From: an uncultured delta proteobacterium
GTDB lineage: Bacteria; Myxococcota; Kuafuiibacteriia; Kuafuiibacteriales; Kuafuiibacteriaceae
Assembly (NCBI GenBank): GCA_963803435.1
Contig: CAWDML010000008.1
Location: forward strand, 128,001-192,000
Reading direction: 5' to 3'
DNA length: 64,000 nt
Shown: positions 56,972 to 64,000 of the stretch, piece after piece
How positions within the stretch are numbered: position 1 is the first letter of the stretch
How the letters are laid out: each line of letters opens with the position of its first letter
Position numbers and translations under genes: made by a program
Notes under the pieces: model-generated
What the model was told of the DNA's origin: nothing
Database searches by the model: none
What the model saw: the letters and a program-made list of their open reading frames with translations, nothing else

Positions 56972-58300
56972 CTACAGAGCTAGCCCCGCGCCGGACGCGG
57001 CGCGCTTCATCGCCTGGCGGACGCGCGACTTCCGGACCTCTTCGAAGTTCTCCACGATCGCCTCGCAGAACTCCGCGCCGCTGACGATGCGGGGGCTGTC
57101 GACGTACTTGGCGAGGTCCGGCGTCACGATGCAGTCGGCGATGGTCTTGATCAGCGAGTTGGTGACCAGCTCCGCCGAGTCCTTCCACCCCAGGTGATCG
57201 AAGAGCATCACCCCGCACAGCAGGGTCGAGGTCGGGTTCTGCTCCTCGACGGGCACCTTCGGCATCATGTGATGCGTGGTCTCGAAGATCGCCGCCTTGG
57301 CACCCACGAAGGCGTTCGGTGCCAGGCCGATCTCGCCCATCGCCGCCATCGCCAGCGACTCGACGTAGTGTCCGTTGAGGTTGGTGGTCGCGATGACGTC
57401 GTGCTCGGTGGGGTTGGAGATCAGCTCCTGGAACATGCGGTTGGCCGGTCGATCCTTGATGATCACGCGGCCGCGGTACTGCTCGGCGTCCGGATCACCT
57501 TCGAGCTGGTGCTCGGTGATCGTGTACTCGCCGAACTCCTTGCGCGCGAGCTCGTAGCCCCAGTCGCGGAAGAAGCCTTCGGTATGGCGCATGACGCTGC
57601 CCTTGTGGACGAACGTGACGCACTTCCGCTTGTGCTTGATCGCGTACTCGATGGCGAGCCGGATCAGCCGCTTGGTGGCGGTGGCGCTGATGGGCTTGAT
57701 GCCGATGCTCGAGTCGGGGCGGACCGACTTGTCGAGCTTCTTGGCCAGGTCGTCGTTCAAGAAGCCGATCAGCTGCTTGGCTTCCGGCGAGCCCTTCTTC
57801 CACTCGATCTCACAGAAGACGTCCTCCGTGAACTCGCGGAAGACGATCAGGTCGACGCCATGGGGTTCCTTGAGCGGCGTGGGGACGCCTTCGAGGTAGC
57901 GGATCGGCTGGACGTGCGCGAACAGGTCGAGGCGCTCGCGAAGGTTCTCGTCGAAGTCGACGGGGGCACCGTTCGGCGTGGCGAGCGGGCCCTTGATGCA
58001 GACCTTGTATTCCTGGATGGCGCGGACGGTATCTTCGGGGAGGCGGTTGTTGGGACCGTAGACCTCGTTGCCTTTGTCGCCGGCGAAGACCTCGAGCCAC
58101 TCGAGCCGCTTCGCGTTCGCATAGCAGCGCTCGACCGCGAGATCGAACACCTCCTGCGCCGGCTTCCAGATCTCGGGACCGATCCCTTCGCCCTGGATGA
58201 ACGGGACGATCGGGTCGTCGGGCACCTGGAGCTGGCCGTTTTTGGCGACCGTGATCTTGGAGCCCCGCTTCGGAGGTGAAATCTTGAGATACTTCCCCAT
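56972..58300 (-). CDS. icd: Isocitrate dehydrogenase (dimeric NADP-type) homologue with degenerate active site
   Basis: Full-length similarity to E. coli Icd (IKGPLxTP, FRE, IGIKP, VHKG, DWGY, NLNG), but most substrate and metal ligands are substituted. Confidence 0.85.
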   Translation of the reverse strand: MGKYLKISPPKRGSKITVAKNGQLQVPDDPIVPFIQGEGIGPEIWKPAQEVFDLAVERCYANAKRLEWLEVFAGDKGNEVYGPNNRLPEDTVRAIQEYKVCIKGPLATPNGAPVDFDENLRERLDLFAHVQPIRYLEGVPTPLKEPHGVDLIVFREFTEDVFCEIEWKKGSPEAKQLIGFLNDDLAKKLDKSVRPDSSIGIKPISATATKRLIRLAIEYAIKHKRKCVTFVHKGSVMRHTEGFFRDWGYELARKEFGEYTITEHQLEGDPDAEQYRGRVIIKDRPANRMFQELISNPTEHDVIATTNLNGHYVESLAMAAMGEIGLAPNAFVGAKAAIFETTHHMMPKVPVEEQNPTSTLLCGVMLFDHLGWKDSAELVTNSLIKTIADCIVTPDLAKYVDSPRIVSGAEFCEAIVENFEEVRKSRVRQAMKRAASGAGLAL

Positions 58301-58407
58301 CGCGCGTTGCGATCTACCAACCCAGGCGAAATCTGCAACTGAAAAGAAGGCGTATTTGCTGCTGTTTTTTTTATCCACATGTGATAGCAGCAGCGGTTTT
58401 TCGTTTT

Positions 58408-59871
58408 CTAGACGTCGATGCGCGCCGCCTGCGCGCTCGCCTGCAGCGTTTCGATGCAATCGGACGTGAAACCACAGTTCCGTGCTCGAATCCGGGTCAG
58501 CCTTGAAATCAGGACCGAGTCTGCAAGTCGCCTTGCACCGTCCGGGCCGAGCGGATTGTCCGATAGATCGATCGACGCCAGGCGGATCGTCCGTTCAGAC
58601 TCGAGCAGCACCGCCAGCCCATCAGGCGTTATCCCGTCGTTCGCGAGCCCGAGAGACCGGAGCGACTCCATGGTTCGCCCGCGCGCGATCAGAGTGAGAC
58701 CCGAGTCACCGAGACCCGTGCGAGACAGATCGAGGCTCGAGAGCGCCGTCGACCCGGCGAGCACCGCGATCGTGTTGAGCCCCAGCGCGTTGCCCGCGAG
58801 GTCGAGGCTCTCGAGGTCCGCGAACGGAAGGGCACCGGCCTGCGACGCGTCGAGGTCCACGTCGCGGAGCGAGAGCCGTCGGATGCCGCCGAGCCGTGCC
58901 AGCACGGTCTCACCGATCCGGTTCTCCGACGCGTCGAGCTCGACCAGGCGCGCCAGCGAGAGCAGCTCGGCCAGCGCGCCCTCTTTGAGCCCGGTGCCGG
59001 CGACCGACAGCTCCGCGATGCCCCCGAGCCGTGCGACCAGGCGCACCAGTCCGCCCTCTCCGATCGGGTTCCGTGACAGATCGAGCGCGCTGAGACCCTC
59101 GATCCAGCTCGACCGCGACAGCGCGCGCGCACCCCGCTCGGTGATCCCGTTCGCGCGCAAGGACAGATGAGAGACGCCGCGCATCCAGTCGGCCGCCGAG
59201 AGGGCGCCCGCGCCGGCGTCGCCGATGTCGTTGTCCGCCAGGTCGAGGGACCACAGCCGCTCGGTCTGCTCCGCCTTGGCCAGCTTCCGGGCGCCCTCGG
59301 CGCCAAGCTCGCACCGCGCCACCGCCAGCTGATTGGGACGACCCACCACTGCCACCAGCGACTCGGGGGTGAGCGCGTTGCCGGAGAGATCGAGGCGCTC
59401 CAGCCCGCGCAACCTGGCCTGCATCAAGCTCCGGACACCGGCCGGCCCCAGGCCCGCGTCGATCAGCGCCAGGCTCTCCAGCTGGACTAGCCGGGTGCTG
59501 CTCGCCAGGTGGGCGGCTCCCGCGTCGCCGAGCGGCTCGCCTCGGATCGAGAGGTGCAGCAGCTGCCGCGTCGCCGGCGAGGCTGCGATCGCCCGCATCA
59601 GCTCGTGACCACCGCCGGGCGACTCGAGCTCGAGCGCGCGCGCCAGCTGAAACGCCGGGACGGTCTCGCCGCCCGCGATCCGGCGCCACCAGGAGGGCGG
59701 CGCCACCCGGATCGCCGCCGGCCAGGCATCGACGTGCTTGGCTGCGAACGCGACCATCTGGGCGGTCTCGTCCCCGGTCATGCGATCGAACGCGGCGGCG
59801 AGGCGCGCGAAGTCCTCCCGGCTGGGACCATCGTGGATCGCGCGGCGAACGGTGGCGGTGGCCTCGCTCAT
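58408..59871 (-). CDS. Leucine-rich repeat protein (RNI/Gala-like)
   Basis: Repeated LxxLDLSxNxIGxxG motifs. ATGA overlap with the upstream gene. Confidence 0.85.
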   Translation of the reverse strand: MSEATATVRRAIHDGPSREDFARLAAAFDRMTGDETAQMVAFAAKHVDAWPAAIRVAPPSWWRRIAGGETVPAFQLARALELESPGGGHELMRAIAASPATRQLLHLSIRGEPLGDAGAAHLASSTRLVQLESLALIDAGLGPAGVRSLMQARLRGLERLDLSGNALTPESLVAVVGRPNQLAVARCELGAEGARKLAKAEQTERLWSLDLADNDIGDAGAGALSAADWMRGVSHLSLRANGITERGARALSRSSWIEGLSALDLSRNPIGEGGLVRLVARLGGIAELSVAGTGLKEGALAELLSLARLVELDASENRIGETVLARLGGIRRLSLRDVDLDASQAGALPFADLESLDLAGNALGLNTIAVLAGSTALSSLDLSRTGLGDSGLTLIARGRTMESLRSLGLANDGITPDGLAVLLESERTIRLASIDLSDNPLGPDGARRLADSVLISRLTRIRARNCGFTSDCIETLQASAQAARIDV

Positions 59872-61661
59872 CGCATCTCGGCGCGGACCACGTCGCCGGT
59901 CCAGGGCAGCGTCATGAAGACGCGACCCCGGTCGTCGGCGCGCATGTGATAGACGGCGCCTTCGCCGATATCGACGGAGCCGGTGAGGAAGCGCTCCTCG
60001 CTGCGGCTCAACAGCGAGAGGTACGCCCGCCCGGTCTCGATGTTGCGGACGCCCGCCAGCACCAGATCCGGATCGGTGGGCCAGAGCGCGAAGTCGTAGA
60101 TCTCGGCGGGACCCTCGAACCAGCGAATGACATCGCAGTCCGTCCCATCGAGGGAGAGCTCGATGATCCAGCCGGTCCTCTCGTTGCGCGAGCCGAGCAG
60201 CCAGCCCTCTCCCGGGAGATACAGCATCTGCTCCGGACGCAGGCCGATGTTCTCGCAGACCGCGCTGAAGCGGACGCCCATCCCGGCGTTGCTGGGGAAG
60301 AACGGTGCGTTCGGGCTCGCGTCCGGCTTCGTCGGGTCCAGCAGGTGGATCTCGTCCGTCCTGCGCTCGAGGATCGCGATCACGTCGGTGTCGCGCTCCT
60401 GATGGTTGGCCATGTTCTCGAGCGTCTGGGACGACCACTCGTGCGCGAGCGCGGGCGTCCGATGGAACGTGTGCAGCTGAACGCCGTCGCTGTTCTGGAA
60501 CGCGACGGAGACCCGATCCGAGAGGCGGTGCACCACGATCGGCAAGGGATGCTCGGAGTCGGGGCGCTCGGGGATGAGCGCGCGCTCGAGGAGTCGGCCG
60601 TCCTTCGCGAAGCGTCCCAGCGAGCGGCCGTTCTCGGGCCCGAAGACCGCGAAGAGCTCGTCCCGCCCGGGGTTGCGCACCAGATCGCGCACGCACGGAG
60701 GACTGGTGGCGGTGCCGGTCGTCTGGAGCGTCTCGGGATCGAGGAAGTAGAAGCGTCCGGGTACATTCGCCGAGCATTCGTTGGACCAGGCCGCGCGCCC
60801 GTCGTCGGTCGCTACCACGATGCGATCGTCGAACACCTCGAGGCCGAACAGGTAGCCACCGACGGCCACCGCCGGCAGCGAGTCGGGCGGCTCCTCGGGA
60901 TCGCTGATCAGTGAGGCCGTCCGGATCACGAGGCGCGGCGGCGCCGCTTCGGGGAGGATCTCGATCCGGCACGGGAACGGTCGGATGCCGTCGCATAGGA
61001 TCGCCGCCGAAGCGCCGGGCGCGGGCGTCGCCGGAGAACAACCCGGGACCACCAGCCGATTGCCGGCGTCGAGGCGGCCCGCGAGCGACCCCGGTGCGCA
61101 CGAGAGATCGTCGGCGTCGATCTCGACCACACAGCCGCTCTGGCGCGCGACCAGGCCGCAGTAGGTGGCGTGGCACCGGGAGTCGACCAGGCGCGACTCA
61201 CCCGGAACCAGGCGGGCGCAGGGCGACAGCCAGCCGGCGGTGATGAAAGGCGGATCGAGCGCACCCTCGAGCGTCCCTCGCCCGTCGAACACTCGGCTGG
61301 TCTCGTAGTAGCTCGGCGCCGGGAGTGCGGGATCGTCAGGGGTCGCGAGCGTGATCGGCGCGGTCGCATCGCGGGCCTCGAAGCCGACGGCCGCCAGCTC
61401 AGAGGCGCGGAAACCGAAGAGCTGGACGAACGCCGCCCGCTCGAGCGACTCGGGGAGCGGCACGCCGATGGGGGTGCCGGAGGTGCGCTCCACCAACCCC
61501 GTGCTGTCGAGGACCCGCCCACTCCCGTCCTGGAGGAGCAGCGCCGTATACTCGACGTCGTCGGGGAGCCGTTCGCTCACGAGCGATCGTGCAGGGCTGA
61601 GGGAGCAGCCGAGCACGGACGAGCACAGGGCCAGCGCTCCCTGCCGCACCCGTGGAATCAT
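59868..61661 (-). CDS. Hypothetical lipoprotein (Cys-rich middle, beta-propeller-like C-terminus)
   Basis: Lipobox VLGC. Architecture is similar to 47465-48718. Confidence 0.7.
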   Translation of the reverse strand: MIPRVRQGALALCSSVLGCSLSPARSLVSERLPDDVEYTALLLQDGSGRVLDSTGLVERTSGTPIGVPLPESLERAAFVQLFGFRASELAAVGFEARDATAPITLATPDDPALPAPSYYETSRVFDGRGTLEGALDPPFITAGWLSPCARLVPGESRLVDSRCHATYCGLVARQSGCVVEIDADDLSCAPGSLAGRLDAGNRLVVPGCSPATPAPGASAAILCDGIRPFPCRIEILPEAAPPRLVIRTASLISDPEEPPDSLPAVAVGGYLFGLEVFDDRIVVATDDGRAAWSNECSANVPGRFYFLDPETLQTTGTATSPPCVRDLVRNPGRDELFAVFGPENGRSLGRFAKDGRLLERALIPERPDSEHPLPIVVHRLSDRVSVAFQNSDGVQLHTFHRTPALAHEWSSQTLENMANHQERDTDVIAILERRTDEIHLLDPTKPDASPNAPFFPSNAGMGVRFSAVCENIGLRPEQMLYLPGEGWLLGSRNERTGWIIELSLDGTDCDVIRWFEGPAEIYDFALWPTDPDLVLAGVRNIETGRAYLSLLSRSEERFLTGSVDIGEGAVYHMRADDRGRVFMTLPWTGDVVRAEMR

Positions 61662-61690
61662 CGCTCCCGGACCTGTATGCTTCTAGCCCC

Positions 61691-62392
61691 GTGCATGCCC
61701 TTCTCCTCGCGCTGATGGCGTCGCCCGGGGTCGGCATTCACATCGGCGAGACCGAGCATGTTTCGTATCAGGAGGTGCTCGGCCTCGTGGAGCAGATGGC
61801 GACCTTGGTGAAGCAGAAGACGGGCCGTCCAGTCGTCATCGACAGCGCCGACTGGGAGCAGTGCCGGGGGCGTGGGCCGTGCGTCGACGCGGTCCGCGCG
61901 CGGACCGAGACCACCGACGTCGTCATCGTCCGTGTGCTGGCTGGGCCGCTGACGCTCGCGATCGCGTCCGAGCGGTTCTACGCCGACGTCGAGGCGACGC
62001 GGACCTCCTCCACCAGCGTGCCCAAGCACGATCAGCTCGCCTGGAGACAGAAGCTGGGCGGGATGGTGGCCCGTCTGTTCCCCGAGCTTCCCGTGCTCGA
62101 GCCGCCGCCCCCGTCCGGTCCCCTGGTCGTCGACCTGACGCCCCGACCGGCGGAGCACGGCGTCGCGCCCTGGGTGGTCCTCGGCGCCAGCGGCGCGGTC
62201 GCCGGGGTTGGGCTCGGCTTCGGGATCAGCAATCGCATCGCGCGCGCCCGGCTCGAAGGCGAGGTGACCACCATGGAGGAGCGCGCCGATCTGGAGGCCC
62301 GGATCCGGACGCACGGCATCGCGGCCATCGCGCTGCTCGGCACCGCCACGGTGGGAGCGGTCACGGCGATCCTCCTGTACGCGTTCGATTGA
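61691..62392 (+). CDS. Hypothetical membrane protein
   Basis: Signal-like N-terminus, CxxxxxC motif and two C-terminal Gly-rich TM helices. The start is uncertain. Confidence 0.65.
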   Translation: MHALLLALMASPGVGIHIGETEHVSYQEVLGLVEQMATLVKQKTGRPVVIDSADWEQCRGRGPCVDAVRARTETTDVVIVRVLAGPLTLAIASERFYADVEATRTSSTSVPKHDQLAWRQKLGGMVARLFPELPVLEPPPPSGPLVVDLTPRPAEHGVAPWVVLGASGAVAGVGLGFGISNRIARARLEGEVTTMEERADLEARIRTHGIAAIALLGTATVGAVTAILLYAFD

Positions 62393-64000
62393 TGTCGCCC
62401 TCGAGGGCCAGCAGCTTCCGTCCGAGCGCTGTCAGGTCGGCCGGCGACGCCTCCGGCTTGAACGCGACCCGAAGCTCGAGGTAGCGCGCCTCGAGGGCCT
62501 CGATGTCGCTCGCGGGGGTCCGGTTGGCGAGCGACTGCAGCGACTTGGAGACCCGATCGATCTTTCGCTCGATCGTCGCCGCGCGACCGCCGATCTGCGG
62601 AAGCTTCTCCTCGATACCGGTGAGCGCCGCTTCGGCGCGTGCCTCGTTCTTCGCCTCCAGCGCGGACTGCCACTCCGTGAGCAGCGTGCTCACGCTCGGG
62701 TCCTGGGACACGTCCGTGGTGGTGAGCCCGCTCGCCCGCATCGCCTGCTGGAACCGCGCGCGCAGCGCCGCGATCCGCTTCTTGCTGTGCTTGCGCTTGG
62801 GCCGGGGATCGGGCGCGTCCGGCTGCACGATCTTGGGCGGCACGGGATCGGCGATCTCCTCGGGCGTGGCGACGACCGGATCGGCGGGCTCGACCGAAGG
62901 ACGCACCTCGACGCGCGGCTCGGGCTGGACGAGCGGCCGGACCTCGGCGGGGGGCGGCTCGACGACCGCCTCCTGTCGCTGCGTCCACCAGGTGTAGCCG
63001 AGCAGGCCCGAGAGCGTCCCGAGCAGCGTCAGGATCAGCGCAGTGAGGAAGAAGCCGGATCGGTTGCCGGACGAGAGGAGGGACGTCGGCGGCGGCGCGG
63101 TGTCCGTGATCTCGGGGATGGCGCCGGAGATGGAGGGCCGGAGCGAGGTCCACGGAGGCGGCTCGTCCAGCCCGATCGTGTCGAGACGCGCGAGGACCTC
63201 GTCGGCGCTGGCGGGGCGCTCCTCCGGCCTCTTCCGGAGGAGATCGAGGACGAGCTCGCCCAGGCCGGAGTCGTCGGGGATGGGCGCCGGGAGGGTGCGG
63301 AGCTGCTTCTCCACCACCTCGCTGCGCGTCCCCTCGAACGGCGGCGAGCGCATCATCATCCGGTAGATCACCACACCGAGCGAGTAGAGATCGCTGACCT
63401 GGGTGACGTTGGACGGCGAGAGGATCTGCTCCGGCGCCATGTACGTGGGCGTGCCGAGCAGTCGGTCCTGCGCTGTCAGTCGGGTCTCTCCCAGCGCGGC
63501 GTCGATCGTTCGCGCGATCCCAAAGTCGAGGATCTTGAGGACCTCGACGCCGTTCTCCTCGGTCACCATCACGTTCGCAGGCTTCAGATCCCGGTGCACC
63601 AGCCCGAGCCGATGGGCTTCGCGCAGGCCGAGCGTGATCTGACGGGCGTAGTGGGCGGAGCGCTCGGGCGAGAACGGGGCGCTGTCCATGATCAGCGAGT
63701 ACAGCGTTCGACCCCTCAGCAGCTCCATGGTGAGGAAGGGGCGGCCGCCCGAGAGGACGCCGAAGTCCACCACCTGCGCCACGTTCGGGTGTCGTAGCTG
63801 GCTCATGATCTTCGCCTCGCGGTGGAGGCGGCGGGTCCCGACCTCGGTGGTCGCCTGCGGAGCCAGCACCTTCACCGCGTACTCGAGATCGAGGCTGCCG
63901 TGCCGCGCGAGGTAGACCGTGCTCCAGCCGCCGCGGCCGATGACGCGCGTGACCTGGTAGCCGTGGATGGTCTCTCCGATCAGCGGATCCTGCTCGCTCG
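62361..64000 (-). CDS. Membrane Ser/Thr protein kinase (5' end runs off the window)
   Basis: The frame is open to the window edge (DPLIGETIHGYQVTRVIGRGGWSTVY). HRDLKPAN, DFG, YMAPEQ and a TM helix. Confidence 0.93.
   Translation of the reverse strand, partial: SEQDPLIGETIHGYQVTRVIGRGGWSTVYLARHGSLDLEYAVKVLAPQATTEVGTRRLHREAKIMSQLRHPNVAQVVDFGVLSGGRPFLTMELLRGRTLYSLIMDSAPFSPERSAHYARQITLGLREAHRLGLVHRDLKPANVMVTEENGVEVLKILDFGIARTIDAALGETRLTAQDRLLGTPTYMAPEQILSPSNVTQVSDLYSLGVVIYRMMMRSPPFEGTRSEVVEKQLRTLPAPIPDDSGLGELVLDLLRKRPEERPASADEVLARLDTIGLDEPPPWTSLRPSISGAIPEITDTAPPPTSLLSSGNRSGFFLTALILTLLGTLSGLLGYTWWTQRQEAVVEPPPAEVRPLVQPEPRVEVRPSVEPADPVVATPEEIADPVPPKIVQPDAPDPRPKRKHSKKRIAALRARFQQAMRASGLTTTDVSQDPSVSTLLTEWQSALEAKNEARAEAALTGIEEKLPQIGGRAATIERKIDRVSKSLQSLANRTPASDIEALEARYLELRVAFKPEASPADLTALGRKLLALEGDINRTRTGGSP

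Noticed and set aside
58301-58407. AT-rich leader upstream of the icd homologue as a riboswitch or oriC
   Set aside because: No convincing structure or cluster of DnaA boxes is present (only one box-like TTATCCACA at about 58371). It is most likely an ordinary promoter region.
1-64000. Many long antisense or alternate-frame ORFs (for example 710-3670, 17282-19321, 30654-33989, 36756-39401)
   Set aside because: These are shadow ORFs typical of high-GC DNA. They overlap genes with clear family motifs and have Arg/Pro/Gly-biased or antisense composition.
1-64000. Frequent GCGATCGC/CGATCG (HIP1-like) sites
   Set aside because: They can be explained by codon usage (GCG ATC GCC) in a high-GC genome. 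I cannot compute enrichment here.

Overview
High-GC window (roughly 68-70% by eye) from a Myxococcota-like bacterium, inferred from three Ser/Thr kinases, Cys-rich lipoproteins, DUF3857 proteins and an ECF/anti-sigma pair. It holds about 42 genes, mostly housekeeping, envelope and signalling: accD-folC-AMIN-lptD, a CHASE2 cyclase, two hybrid kinases, polX, an M3 peptidase, a TetR-crotonase-BKACE operon, gshA, lepB, rnr, mdh and an icd homologue. No rRNA, tRNA, CRISPR array or mobile element was seen. The main unannotated signals are: (1) a CsrB/RsmZ-like array of eight AGGA-loop hairpins ending in a terminator (21151-21387, minus strand), attached as the 3' tail of an orphan 115-aa ORF; (2) a recurring sigma28-like promoter GCAACA-N13-nCCGA(T/G)A, found twice before that ORF, once before a candidate C-rich-loop sRNA (about 24252-24340) and once before an orphan gene; (3) an icd homologue in the icd-mdh operon that has lost most catalytic residues, including a natural S113D-equivalent; (4) a sigma54-driven Hsp20 plus octad-repeat helical protein pair; (5) two +1 frameshifts, both at GATTC, probably a systematic sequencing artefact. 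All calls come from reading the sequence by eye; no database searches were run.
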